From positions 1 to 33,965 of the IMG/VR virus record IMGVR_UViG_3300032318_001724: DNA of 33,965 nucleotides, one strand, 5' to 3'. The position numbers and the translations under genes were made by a program. Shown here one piece after another: positions 15,172 through 25,370 of the stretch; positions within the stretch are counted from its first letter, which is position 1; every line of letters begins with the position of its first letter. The DNA is from a virus. Taxonomy: Duplodnaviria; Caudoviricetes. Under the pieces are notes generated by a model. It saw nothing but the letters and a program-made list of their open reading frames with translations, was not told where the DNA came from and made no database searches.

Positions 15172-18100
15172 TCGTGCCTAATGCGGCCTATGAGGTTCTT
15201 TTTACCACTAATGCCCCGCAGGTAGAGCGCGAAATCAAGCGGCTACATCGGCAGGTTGGCACACCTATTGTGCCAACTGTTGATTTAAGCCAACTCAAGG
15301 CACTGAATGCCGAGCTTGATCTTAAGCAACGGCACCTTCGCCAGACCATTGCTTATTTCAAGCAGAATCGCATTAGTGCGAATGTTGAACTGTCCAAACA
15401 GTCGCTGTCTGGCGCAAGCCTTGCCAAAGGGCTACTCCCCTCTAGTGACATTCAGAAAGTTGCTCAAACGCAAGTCAAGCAACTCAATGCTGCACTGCAA
15501 CAAGAGGCCCAGAAGCTAGACGTTATTGACGTTGAAGTGAGACTGGCTTCGCCTGGCGCGGCAGATCAAGTTAGGGAATTACTGGCGAAAAGAGTTCGGG
15601 GGCTTAGGCGTGCCGAACTGTTAGATCTTGGCGGATTGGCCCAAAGTAAAGGCGTGAGTGGCCTTGAGGGACTTGAGAAGCTAAACGTTCCTCAGATTAA
15701 AACAGCATTAAGCAAGGGGCTTAGGGAAGCTGGCGATCAGGCCATTGCTGGCCTTGTGGGCTCCTTGGTTGCCGGGAAAGGGAAGGCCGGAGCCGCTTCA
15801 GAGGCCCTTGGTGCGGAAGTGCTAAAAACCTTGCGAGCCGTTCTTAAGATTCAGTCTCCTTCAAAAGTAACCTTTCGCTTTGGTGTCAATACAGTAATTG
15901 GACTAGCAAAAGGAATTGCAAGCCAAAATCCAGAGGCTGTTGAGGCGGCTAGAAACTTAGCAATCAGGATTCGCGACACATTTGAAAAAGAGTTCAGCCT
16001 GCCCATAAAACCGGGCAATCCATCGTTTCGTGAAATGGAGCAAAGGATTGCACGATTAACAAGCAATCCAGGGTACTATGGTAAGCGCATTGCCGAGTTT
16101 GGCCTTGAGAACTTGCCAATGTCAACTGTTGGCGCGGCCAATACCCGTGCTCAACAGCCCATCGGCCCATTGGCAAAACTCTTGGCAATCAAGGGGGCGC
16201 TTGAAAATGAACTTGAGGCGGTATTGGGTCCTGCGTCTGCAGAAAAACTTGGCCAACGCTTTGGCTCAAACTTTGCCGATGCCATGGCAGATCCTGTTAA
16301 TCAAGCTATGCGGACTGCCGCCAGTCTTTTTAAGAAGATAGAAGCTGGCCCCATGGGCAGGAGCCCATTTGAAACACTGGCGCAGTCCGAGTTGAGACCC
16401 CTGCAATCGGAGATTGATCGAACAGCACTTCAGCGACAAGCTTCTACTCTTCCTTCTCTCTCGGATCGGCCACTAGAGAGCTACAACATTCTCAACGAGC
16501 AGGGAGACGTTATCGAGCGAGTTGTTGGTTTGTACGAAAAGTTGGCGAAAGCCAGAAACAAAGCAAACAAAAAAGACGTAGATACAGGCGCGTTCAAAAG
16601 GGCGCACCTTGAAGCTGGTGTAATACAGGGCGCAGTAGAGCGGGCCGAAAATCTCGCTCAAGTCAAGAATCTTCTTGGTTCCGCAACACAATTTGCTGCA
16701 GATTCCGCCACTGCTCTCAATAAACGTCTCCAGGCGGCGCAGATCAAGGCGTCTGAAATTAGTCCTGACACGCAAAAATGGACGAAGCTTCAATCTAAGA
16801 TTGGCGACATTCAGGCGGAATTGCAGCGTACAGCCAAGATCGCAGAATCCATCACGCTTGAAAAGCTTGTTGAGTCGCTCCCCAAAGGATCATTGGAGCG
16901 GCTTAATGCTCAGGTGCAACTGCTCTCACAGAAAGCGCAAGGACTTCCCGGCGGCAGCCAAGAGTTCCGCAATGTCCAGCGTCAAGTTGGCGTGGCAATG
17001 GGCGAACAGGAGCGCACGCAAATTGCAGCGCAAGTGCAGAACCTACGGGGAAGTGCCGAGTGGTTTGAAAGTGGTTCCGCCACTCGCATCACAAAAGTTC
17101 TGCAGGCTTTGCAATTAGAAGCAGCACAGATCAAGCCAAATACGATTGAATGGACGCACTTTCAAGAACAGATTGGCCAATTACAGGCTGGGCTGCGAAA
17201 GGCTGATGCCATTGCAGAACAAATCTCACTAGACCAATTACAAAAATCCCTTGATCCCCGCTCCATTGCTGGTCTTGAAACCAAACTGCAAAGTTTGAAT
17301 CTCCGCATTCGTGACATGGAGCCCAAGACTGGCCCATGGCAAGAATTGAGGCGCGAAATTGTACGCACTGAAAACGAATTAGAAAAAGTAACTCGTAAGG
17401 CCGTTCCTCTCCGTGAACGCTTTGGCGCTGCCGGCGGCTCTGTGCTCTACGGTGGCGGACTGGCCGGTAGTCCCCTTAGCGCGTTAGGGGGCCTTGCTGG
17501 CGGTCTTATAGGTGGCATTCCCGGTTCATTTACGGGCGCCGCCGTGGGGCAAACGGCAGACCAAATACTTGCCGCCGCTAGTGCCACTGCCACCTATGCC
17601 GCCTCTGTCTCTAGGCTCCAAATTGCCCTGCGTGGAGTTAGCGATGGCCTGAAAGGCTACGGTGAAAACTTGAAAGCGGTGAACGATATTAGCAATGGCT
17701 TCGCAATGAGTGTTGACAAGGTTATTGTTCCATACACCAAGCTTCAAGCCTCTATTCGTGCCGCGGGTTATTCGGCAAACACAACTAAGCAAGTATTTGA
17801 AGCCGTTGCCGCCGCTTCCATTGCCACTGGAGGCAGTGCCGAGGATCTTGAAGGGTCAATGCGAGCCGTCACGCAGATTTTCGCTAAGGGCACTGTGCAA
17901 AGCGAAGAACTTGTGGGCCAGTTGGCAGAACGCATCCCTGGTGCGTTCTCGTTGTTTGCGGAAGCCAATAACATGACTACTGCTTCACTGAAAAAAGCAC
18001 TGGAACAGGGGCAAGTTGGACTCAATGAATTCCTTACTTTCACAAAACGCTTGCAGGCTGAGTACGAAAAAAGCGCAAAAGTAATCGTGCAAAGCCAAGA

Positions 18101-20747
18101 ATATGCAGGACGGCGCCTAGGGAAGGCTGCGATGGATCTTCAGGTAACAGTTGGCACAGCCTTGGCTCCGATTGGTGCATCCTTTCAAGATATGGCAACA
18201 AGTGCAATTATTGCGCTAGATGAGCTTATCAAAAGGATGCGAGAGCTTGGCCTGCTAAGCAGGGTATTAGGAGCTAATGAGATTATTTCAAAAATTACTA
18301 GTGGCAAGCTAACCATTGGCGAAGCCAAGCAAAAAGTTGCTTCTCTCAAAGAGCGGCTGGCAGCAAATCAGAAGCAAGAGTCAGGCGTCAATCCGTTTGT
18401 TCGATTCCTTACAGATCCGTCTGTCGGCATCACTGGGCGGTCTGGACTGCAAACGAACATTGAAGACATGCAAAAACAAATTAAAGAATACGATGCAGCC
18501 ATTGCACAGATAGGGGATATTGAAAAGAATCGTAAGCGTGCCATGGCCATAGCGCAAGACGACGAAAACACTAAGAGACAAAAAAAACTCTCAGAAGATT
18601 ACTACAATCTTGTTCTCAAGCGCGATGAAGATTTAGCGCAAGCGCGAGAGGATCATGAAAATAACCTGCAGGATCTTCGCAAAAACCACGCTAGAGAGTT
18701 GCTTGATTTTGAAGAGCGACTTAACGATGAAAGGCGGAAAATTGAACTAGAGAACGCACGAATGAGCCGCGAGAATAATCGCTTGCGCTCTGACTTCAAT
18801 ACAAATCTTGAGATTGATAGTCGTCGTGCTGCGGGAGAGGACGTGAGTGCTGCAGAGACAGTGCGTGACATTGAAAAGCAAGCCGCCGATCGGCGTGAAC
18901 AGGCATTGCAACGAGAGGAAAACTTTGCCGAAAACGCTCGTAAGAGGCAGGAAGAGTTTGAGAAAATGAAACGCAAAAATGCGGAAGAGATTAACAAGGC
19001 GAATGAAGCCTTTGCCAAGAGGGTGGGAAGCATTAACAAAACCTTTGCCAAGCAAGCCGGGGATATGTTTATCAAGGCGGCAGTGGACGTTGGCAAAACC
19101 GTAGGATTTTTACAGGAATTGACTCGCAAAGAAACCGAGATAATGTCTATAATGTTGACCCGCGCTAGGCAGGGACTTGATCCGAGGATTGCCCCCCTTC
19201 CCGACCCAACAGATCCAGCAAAAACTGTCATGGGAACACTCCCAAGGATTGCACAGTTAGAAAAGGAAATTGCTGATCTTCAGAAAAAATCTTCTAGGCA
19301 GGCCCCTACACCACCGACTCTTCCGGCCCCCACTGGACAGGCTCCTGCGCCACCGGCTCTCCCCGCTCCCACCCCCCAAGTCAATGTTCCGTACTCGCAA
19401 CAAGTTGATGCGCCATCCACTGTCAGTCAAGTTTCAGCTTCTGAGGCAAGGCAGCAAGAGTTAGCGGCGCAGCAAGCTCGCCTTTATACGGCAAATGACC
19501 TGCGTGAACAATACAACGAGCAATTTAGTGTACTTGGCGAAATAAAGAGAACACAAAAAGACCTGGAGGAGGGTGACAATAGACGACTTGACGCCATTCG
19601 CAATGGAATTAACCCGGCGATTGTAGATGAAGTATTGCAAAGGACACGGGCTCTCAATAAGGCAATCAAAATCGCAGAATCGATTGATGGTCAACTGCAA
19701 AAGGCTATTGATGCTGGCACTATAGACAAGGCAAACGCAGAAAGCCTGTCAAAGTATTCGCAGGCGAACATTGCTGATTTGAAAAAACAACGAGACTTGA
19801 CGAATGAAATTGTCTCCAAGAACCGCGAAAGGGCGGCGCTAATGGACTACATGGCAAACGCACAGTCAGAACGACGCGCTTTAATTGCGGCCCCAGGCAT
19901 GGAAGAAAAGCAAGCAGAATTGTACGACAAGGGCATTACTGATGCGCGAACTAATCGCGCTTTAGCCGCATATGCTTTACAGTACGAGTCCATTAAGCGC
20001 ATCAAAGATGCCTTCACCGGCCTTGGTGATTCCATAAGGGAATCTTTGGGCTCTGCATTGGTGGACATTGGCACGGACTGGACTAATCTTTCCTCCATCG
20101 TCAAAGACACTGCGCAATCCATGCAAAATGCTTTTAAGCAAATTGCCAATTCCCTGATTCAAGAGTTCACGCGAGCCTATGTCAATAAAGCAGTGGCTTG
20201 GCTGATGCAATTTGCAGGATTAACCAATCCGCCGTCAATACCCGGAAGCATTTCGCCGTTTGGTAACACTGATGTTGGTGGCTTAAACATTGGCACAATA
20301 AGGTCATCGGCGTCACTATGGGCGCGTGGTGAAGGCGCTGGAATGGGGCTTGGCGATTTAACTGTTCAAGAAATGCCGTTTGGAGCTGGCCAGTTTGGGC
20401 TTTCTACTCTTGCAGACTTTGCCAGTAAGCTTGGCAATGTCACTGCTTACGCCAATGGCGCCATTGTCAATCGTCCCACTTTGGGTTTAGTTGGTGAAGG
20501 TCGCTTCAATGAGGCGATTATTCCCATGCCCAATAATCGTTCTGTGCCAGTGGATCTTAAAGGGGCTGTTGGTGGTAACTATTCCACTTCCATTGCCGTG
20601 AACATTAGCAATTCCAGCGATGGTACAACGGCCAATTCGCAAATCACTGGCGATCAAGGGAACAAGTTTGCGGGGGCATTGGACCGGGCCGTGAAACAAG
20701 CTATCCTTGATGAACAACGGCCTGGCGGTTCCCTGTATCGGCAATGA
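15168..20747 (+). CDS. Tail tape measure protein
   Basis: 1859 aa (start TTG 15168 or GTG 15174), helical. Contains L.IQSPSKV, a tape-measure core (RAVTQIFAKGTVQSEELVGQLAERIPGA), and C-terminal A.G.IV.RPT..LVGEG..NEAIIP and EQRPGG.L motifs. Confidence 0.93.
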   Translation: MIVPNAAYEVLFTTNAPQVEREIKRLHRQVGTPIVPTVDLSQLKALNAELDLKQRHLRQTIAYFKQNRISANVELSKQSLSGASLAKGLLPSSDIQKVAQTQVKQLNAALQQEAQKLDVIDVEVRLASPGAADQVRELLAKRVRGLRRAELLDLGGLAQSKGVSGLEGLEKLNVPQIKTALSKGLREAGDQAIAGLVGSLVAGKGKAGAASEALGAEVLKTLRAVLKIQSPSKVTFRFGVNTVIGLAKGIASQNPEAVEAARNLAIRIRDTFEKEFSLPIKPGNPSFREMEQRIARLTSNPGYYGKRIAEFGLENLPMSTVGAANTRAQQPIGPLAKLLAIKGALENELEAVLGPASAEKLGQRFGSNFADAMADPVNQAMRTAASLFKKIEAGPMGRSPFETLAQSELRPLQSEIDRTALQRQASTLPSLSDRPLESYNILNEQGDVIERVVGLYEKLAKARNKANKKDVDTGAFKRAHLEAGVIQGAVERAENLAQVKNLLGSATQFAADSATALNKRLQAAQIKASEISPDTQKWTKLQSKIGDIQAELQRTAKIAESITLEKLVESLPKGSLERLNAQVQLLSQKAQGLPGGSQEFRNVQRQVGVAMGEQERTQIAAQVQNLRGSAEWFESGSATRITKVLQALQLEAAQIKPNTIEWTHFQEQIGQLQAGLRKADAIAEQISLDQLQKSLDPRSIAGLETKLQSLNLRIRDMEPKTGPWQELRREIVRTENELEKVTRKAVPLRERFGAAGGSVLYGGGLAGSPLSALGGLAGGLIGGIPGSFTGAAVGQTADQILAAASATATYAASVSRLQIALRGVSDGLKGYGENLKAVNDISNGFAMSVDKVIVPYTKLQASIRAAGYSANTTKQVFEAVAAASIATGGSAEDLEGSMRAVTQIFAKGTVQSEELVGQLAERIPGAFSLFAEANNMTTASLKKALEQGQVGLNEFLTFTKRLQAEYEKSAKVIVQSQEYAGRRLGKAAMDLQVTVGTALAPIGASFQDMATSAIIALDELIKRMRELGLLSRVLGANEIISKITSGKLTIGEAKQKVASLKERLAANQKQESGVNPFVRFLTDPSVGITGRSGLQTNIEDMQKQIKEYDAAIAQIGDIEKNRKRAMAIAQDDENTKRQKKLSEDYYNLVLKRDEDLAQAREDHENNLQDLRKNHARELLDFEERLNDERRKIELENARMSRENNRLRSDFNTNLEIDSRRAAGEDVSAAETVRDIEKQAADRREQALQREENFAENARKRQEEFEKMKRKNAEEINKANEAFAKRVGSINKTFAKQAGDMFIKAAVDVGKTVGFLQELTRKETEIMSIMLTRARQGLDPRIAPLPDPTDPAKTVMGTLPRIAQLEKEIADLQKKSSRQAPTPPTLPAPTGQAPAPPALPAPTPQVNVPYSQQVDAPSTVSQVSASEARQQELAAQQARLYTANDLREQYNEQFSVLGEIKRTQKDLEEGDNRRLDAIRNGINPAIVDEVLQRTRALNKAIKIAESIDGQLQKAIDAGTIDKANAESLSKYSQANIADLKKQRDLTNEIVSKNRERAALMDYMANAQSERRALIAAPGMEEKQAELYDKGITDARTNRALAAYALQYESIKRIKDAFTGLGDSIRESLGSALVDIGTDWTNLSSIVKDTAQSMQNAFKQIANSLIQEFTRAYVNKAVAWLMQFAGLTNPPSIPGSISPFGNTDVGGLNIGTIRSSASLWARGEGAGMGLGDLTVQEMPFGAGQFGLSTLADFASKLGNVTAYANGAIVNRPTLGLVGEGRFNEAIIPMPNNRSVPVDLKGAVGGNYSTSIAVNISNSSDGTTANSQITGDQGNKFAGALDRAVKQAILDEQRPGGSLYRQ
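19299..19376 (+). repeat. Imperfect 39-bp tandem duplication encoding a Pro-rich linker in the tape measure
   Basis: QAPTPPTLPAPTG / QAPAPPALPAPTP; units start at 19299 and 19338. Confidence 0.8.
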
Positions 20748-21445
20748 GTTTAGCCCCAAGTTCGGTTATCAATGAAGCCAGGAGTCTTGTTGAGGACGCA
20801 AGGCTGGATTTGTATATCATTGATGGGACTGCCGTTTTTCCTTCCAGTCCTCCCGCCATTCAATATCTAGTCAGCCCTGAGCAATCAGGCGGACAAACTA
20901 TTGAGTATGTTGACGATGGCGGAACGCTACGCACTTACCAGCCCGTGCCAATCTCTGCCACTGGCTTTGAGCTAACTGGCAGCAATAAGCTCCCTGCCCC
21001 TTCTCTCACCATTGCTAATGTTGACCGTGCCTTCACTGTTCTTTCCGACGGTTACGACGACTTGCTGGGCTTTCGTTTTGTGCGCCTTTCTACTTATGCC
21101 AAGTTTGTCCGTCGAGTTGGCGGCGGTGCAGTACAAGCAACGTATGATGCCAATGCCCATCATGCGCCGGATGAATGGTATTTCAACAGGAAAGTAGAAG
21201 AAACTAAGCTCACAATCACTTGGGAATTGGCTTCAATCTTTGACAATGAAGGCATTACAATTCCCCGTCGTCGCATCTATGCAAACTACTGTCCGTTTGT
21301 TTATCGCGGGCCAGAGTGTCAATGGGCAGGAAGTGAGCCTGCAGGAGAAACAACGTGCAACAAAAGCTTGGAGGCTTGTGAGCGTAGGTTTGGCGGGGCT
21401 GGATTAGGATTACGGTTTGGGGGTTTCCCCACGGCGCAAGTGTAG
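20744..21445 (+). CDS. Minor tail protein L (lambda gpL-like)
   Basis: GFE......P.P.LTIAN, TYAKF, four Cys in C...YRG.EC...C.K.L.AC..RFG, and terminal FGGFP. Confidence 0.9.
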   Translation: MSLAPSSVINEARSLVEDARLDLYIIDGTAVFPSSPPAIQYLVSPEQSGGQTIEYVDDGGTLRTYQPVPISATGFELTGSNKLPAPSLTIANVDRAFTVLSDGYDDLLGFRFVRLSTYAKFVRRVGGGAVQATYDANAHHAPDEWYFNRKVEETKLTITWELASIFDNEGITIPRRRIYANYCPFVYRGPECQWAGSEPAGETTCNKSLEACERRFGGAGLGLRFGGFPTAQV

Positions 21446-21449
21446 GGCG

Positions 21450-21797
21450 ATGGTGGTGAGCGATGAGGCTCTAAGGCAGATTGCCCTACATGGGCAAGCG
21501 GACGCGCCTAGAGAGGCTTGTGGTGTGCTCTCAGGAGGCTTTGTCATTCCCTGTGCCAATGTCTCGCTATTCCCCAAGAAACGCTTTGAGATTGCCGCTA
21601 GCGTATGGCTAGAGCATGAAGTGGAAGGCTTTTACCATTCTCACCCAACTGGCGAATTAGGCTTTAGCCCGCAAGATTTGCAAGTGGCGCAATTCCTCAG
21701 GCTTCCCTCCATCGTCTACATTGTTGCCACTGATACCATTGAACTTCTCAGTGTTGATGGTAGTATTTCACGATTTGAGAAAGTGTTGACAAAATGA
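21450..21797 (+). CDS. Tail assembly protein K-like, JAB/MPN domain only
   Basis: Start about ATG 21450. EACG...YHSHP...S.QD JAMM motif. No C-terminal NlpC/P60 domain (115 aa). Confidence 0.85.
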   Translation: MVVSDEALRQIALHGQADAPREACGVLSGGFVIPCANVSLFPKKRFEIAASVWLEHEVEGFYHSHPTGELGFSPQDLQVAQFLRLPSIVYIVATDTIELLSVDGSISRFEKVLTK

Positions 21798-24361
21798 AAA
21801 TTGTCTTTCGCGGTATTGCTGCCGAACGCTTTGGAGCCGAGCGTGAGCTTAACGTTGCCACTCCACAGGAAGCCATCAATGCACTGTCGGTTTTAGTGCC
21901 TGGCTTTCGCAACTTTCTCACGGTAAGTCATGAGCATGGCATCTATTGGAAGGTGCTAACAAACCACTGGGAAGAAGGCATTGAATATGGCCAACTTTCC
22001 ATGAAGTGCAATGAAATGGTGCTAGTGCCAGTGATTTCTGGTTCTGGCTTTTTCGATGGGGCGGGAGCAAAGATTCTGATTGGAGCCGCTTTGATTGTCG
22101 GCTCATTGCTGTTGGCCCCTGCCGCCGCCGGAACGATTGCGGCCACTATTAAGTCGGGCCTCTTTACTTTTGGCGCTTCAATGGTACTTGGCGGCATTGT
22201 GCAGGCCATCACTCCTGGAGTGCCACAGCGTAATACTAGAAGCTCTGGGGAGCGCAAGGATACGGACGTAGTGGTGTTTGATCGTGCTGCAGAAACTACT
22301 GCCCAAGGCGTGCCAGTGCCTATCCTCTATGGCCGCTATCTCGTGCGTAGTTGCCCCATTGTTTCGTCCTATGTGTCGGACGACAATAAAGGCTATTGGC
22401 TGGGTGTGGTTTCCGAAGGGCCAATCAAGGGCTTTGATAATCTCGGAAGCCCTAGGGACAATGTTTTCGTGAATGAAGCCCGCCTTTCCACTTATGGCGG
22501 CTCTAATGCTCAGTTTGTCAATGGCAATCAGTCGTCTTTGTCTGATTACATCACGCTTGTTAAAAGCGCAGGCTTCCATTTGCCAGTGCAGCAAGATTTT
22601 ATTGCTGGCGATAGTGCTTCCGTGGTGCGGGGATTTAACCAAAAGTATGCAGATCGTATTCGCTTAAGGTTTCGTTATGGGCCTGTCTACAAGCAAATCA
22701 CTCGTACTACTGGTCTAAACACTGGTGGTGACGTTAGTACCACGATTTCCTATGCCACGGTGAATGCTGGCGATGATGCTGTGGAGCCAATTCGATGGCG
22801 AGTCATCATCAATCAAACAGATCCCAACACTCAGGCGCAAGTTGGCTTTGTTGAAGACACAAGGGCAGAGCCTGGCGTGGCACTGGCGACCAAACTTCGC
22901 AATTTAAGCTATAGCTGCACTGGCCGTAACATGCCAATCACCATTTCAGTGCAACGTCTTGATGCGCCAATTCCTGCGGGTCTAATTACAACGACAAGCA
23001 CTGGCAAGACAAGCTCCACCCAGACAAACAATGTGAAAGGGGATTTGCAATGGGTGAGTGCTGATATTGAATGGGACGAAAGGCTACTGTATCCTCATTC
23101 TGCTCTCCTCGCCATTGAGTTTTCCACCTCTGACTTCACCACTATTCCGCAAGTGAGTGTGTTGGCGGAAGGGCGAATTGTTCCCACCATTGATTCTTCT
23201 CTTAACGTTTCCTACCAATACAGCAACAATCCAGCCTATGTGCTGTTGGACATTCTGACCAATCCTCGCTTTGGTCTTGGCGGGCGATCTTACACGCTTG
23301 CTGGCACTGGTACTGTTGTTAACCAGCCTGGCATTTTGATGAACAATGCAAGCCTTGCATCGTTCAAGAAGGCCGCAGACTATTGTGACCGTTACGGCGT
23401 TAGGTTCAATGGCTATTTGGATTCTGACGGTGATGCCTATGTCGTGATTCAGAATCTGGCTTCCGTGTTTCAGGCGCAAGCTTTCTATGGCGGCAATTCC
23501 ATTTTCATCACTGTTGATGATCTTGCCGAAGATGCCAACTTTAAGCTATTTTCAGAAGCCAATGTCATTCAGGAGGACGATGGCGGGAAAATTAGTAGCC
23601 CTTGCTTTAGGTATGAGGGCACTTCCCGCTCTGCCAGGCAGACTGCCGTGCAAGTTAGCTATAATGACGAGCGCGATTTCTATGTGGAAAAGAAAGTCCT
23701 AGTTGAAGATCGTGATTCTATTGCTCGCTATGGTTATCGCTTGGCCGAGATTCGCGCTTTTGGCTGCACCACAATTCAACAAGCCGAGCGTTTTGGTCGC
23801 TATTTCTTGGCTTCTAATTTGCTCAATGGCGAAACAGTGTCGTTTTCACTGGCAAGCGAAGGGGCTTTATTGTTGCCTGGCGATCCTATTTTGATTGCCG
23901 ATCCATTGAAAAGTGGTGCCCGACTGGGCGGCAGGATTGTTAGTGCATCAGCATCATCAATCGTCATTGATGGTGATTTGCCTAGTGGCTTGAGCGGCTA
24001 CAACTTGTGGACTTATGGCTCCACTGGCGTTGCGCAAGTAGTGCCTATTGCTTCTATTGTTGACCGCACAATTACCACTACTCAGCCCTTCCCATTGATC
24101 CCCACAACTCAACAGAATTGGCTGTTGGCAAAAGATCGCTTCGACCCCACCTTCAGGGCCTATAAAGTGCAAAATGTAAAGGAAGGCGCTAGCAATACTT
24201 ATTCAGTGGTGGCAGTGAAGTACGATGAAATCAAGTACAATTTTGTTAACAATGGGCAAGGCAGTCCCGCCTCTGCTCAAAGGGCGGCAGTGCGTCGCCA
24301 CGACACGGACAATCTTTCAGTTAGCGCAGACTCTATTGCCTTCACGGTGAAAGCACAATGA
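21794..24361 (+). CDS. Fused tail assembly protein I / tail tip protein J
   Basis: The N-terminal ~190 aa is gpI-like (EAINAL...PGF, VPVISGSG, hydrophobic stretch, QGVPVPILYG). It is followed by gpJ motifs SEGPIKG, YSNNPA..L.D.LTN.RFGLG, AFGCT...QA.R.GR and LLPGD.I.IADP. Confidence 0.88.
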   Translation: MKIVFRGIAAERFGAERELNVATPQEAINALSVLVPGFRNFLTVSHEHGIYWKVLTNHWEEGIEYGQLSMKCNEMVLVPVISGSGFFDGAGAKILIGAALIVGSLLLAPAAAGTIAATIKSGLFTFGASMVLGGIVQAITPGVPQRNTRSSGERKDTDVVVFDRAAETTAQGVPVPILYGRYLVRSCPIVSSYVSDDNKGYWLGVVSEGPIKGFDNLGSPRDNVFVNEARLSTYGGSNAQFVNGNQSSLSDYITLVKSAGFHLPVQQDFIAGDSASVVRGFNQKYADRIRLRFRYGPVYKQITRTTGLNTGGDVSTTISYATVNAGDDAVEPIRWRVIINQTDPNTQAQVGFVEDTRAEPGVALATKLRNLSYSCTGRNMPITISVQRLDAPIPAGLITTTSTGKTSSTQTNNVKGDLQWVSADIEWDERLLYPHSALLAIEFSTSDFTTIPQVSVLAEGRIVPTIDSSLNVSYQYSNNPAYVLLDILTNPRFGLGGRSYTLAGTGTVVNQPGILMNNASLASFKKAADYCDRYGVRFNGYLDSDGDAYVVIQNLASVFQAQAFYGGNSIFITVDDLAEDANFKLFSEANVIQEDDGGKISSPCFRYEGTSRSARQTAVQVSYNDERDFYVEKKVLVEDRDSIARYGYRLAEIRAFGCTTIQQAERFGRYFLASNLLNGETVSFSLASEGALLLPGDPILIADPLKSGARLGGRIVSASASSIVIDGDLPSGLSGYNLWTYGSTGVAQVVPIASIVDRTITTTQPFPLIPTTQQNWLLAKDRFDPTFRAYKVQNVKEGASNTYSVVAVKYDEIKYNFVNNGQGSPASAQRAAVRRHDTDNLSVSADSIAFTVKAQ

Positions 24362-24708
24362 AAACAGTTACTGTCACTTGGTCTTCGCCATCGTACATTC
24401 CCTATACAATCTTGTCGTCCGTTCTGCCTGGCACGCAATGGGCGGCTAATACCATTGATCCCCGCATTGGTAGCTTTATTGTTGAGCGTCGCTATCGCCT
24501 CACTGATGATTTTGAGCGAGTCGGGGAAGTGACTACCTCTTCTATTGACATTAACATTGAGGACGCCAAAGAGTTTCAGGCTCGCATTCAAACAGTGCTG
24601 GTCAATGGCGCGAAAGCTGGTTTTGCTACTACTGGCCTGCGGCCTATCATGGGAATGGAAGCCTTGTTTGGCGAGCCCACCAATACTATTTTCCTTTCGT
24701 TTGTCTGA
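24358..24708 (+). CDS. Small fibronectin type III-like tail tip protein
   Basis: VTVTWS.P...FIVE.R...F.ARIQTV..NG resembles the Fn3 domain that normally follows the gpJ core. ATGA overlap. Confidence 0.55.
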   Translation: MKTVTVTWSSPSYIPYTILSSVLPGTQWAANTIDPRIGSFIVERRYRLTDDFERVGEVTTSSIDINIEDAKEFQARIQTVLVNGAKAGFATTGLRPIMGMEALFGEPTNTIFLSFV

Positions 24709-25370
24709 TGACCGTTGTACTGTCCCTAGGCGTTGAATACGGTCTCACCGTGCAAAAGGAATACAATGCCAGCGTTTTTACCATCGCGGCATCTTCTGGC
24801 GCCACGCCCGAGGAAGTGTTTCGGGAGGGTCGGCAGTATGAAGTGAAAACAGTCCCAATTAGTGATGCGGCAGCCACTTCGCTTGATGGTAAATTAGCAG
24901 ATTTGCAGGGTGGTCTGTTTATTTCACAATTTTTTATGGATAGGCGGCCATACTACTATCGCCTTGAGCCAGATCAATGGTCGTGGCAAGTGATTGGCCC
25001 CAATTCAAACATTGTTTCCTTCAGCGCAAAGCGATATTTTCCTGATGTTTATGAAGCTACCATTCAAGGCACTGCTACGCTGAGAATAAGGCGTGCTGGT
25101 TTTGGGGATGGCTATGAGCAGATTAGCCAAGATGGTCTTAACCCAAGAGGGCAGTCTTATGACATTAGCACCGTGCCACTGATTGACGATCATGCTCAAG
25201 CTCTTGATTCTGCATTGTCCAGTCTTAACGGTTCTTATTTCTGGAGCCGCATTGGCAGCGACAATCAGCCTTACAAATACCGTCTCGATCCTTTCCAATG
25301 GTCCACAAACGTTGAAGGGCCAAATCGAACAGTATTCTCGCTTAAGGTGAAGCGATCTTTTGATCCCTAA
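24708..25370 (+). CDS. Minor tail protein M-like (distal tail), two tandem domains
   Basis: The second half has the gpM signature FGDGYEQ...DGLN. The two halves are similar: YEVKTVPISD.AA.SLD..L..L.G..F.S....RPY.YRLEP.QW vs YDISTVPLID.HA.ALD..L..L.G..F.S....QPY.YRLDP.QW. Confidence 0.8.
   Translation: MTVVLSLGVEYGLTVQKEYNASVFTIAASSGATPEEVFREGRQYEVKTVPISDAAATSLDGKLADLQGGLFISQFFMDRRPYYYRLEPDQWSWQVIGPNSNIVSFSAKRYFPDVYEATIQGTATLRIRRAGFGDGYEQISQDGLNPRGQSYDISTVPLIDDHAQALDSALSSLNGSYFWSRIGSDNQPYKYRLDPFQWSTNVEGPNRTVFSLKVKRSFDP

Noticed and set aside
15638-16890. Other CCCAAAG copies in the tape measure (about 15640 and 16881)
   Set aside because: They are read GCC-CAA-AGT and CCC-AAA-GGA, which is not the slippery register.
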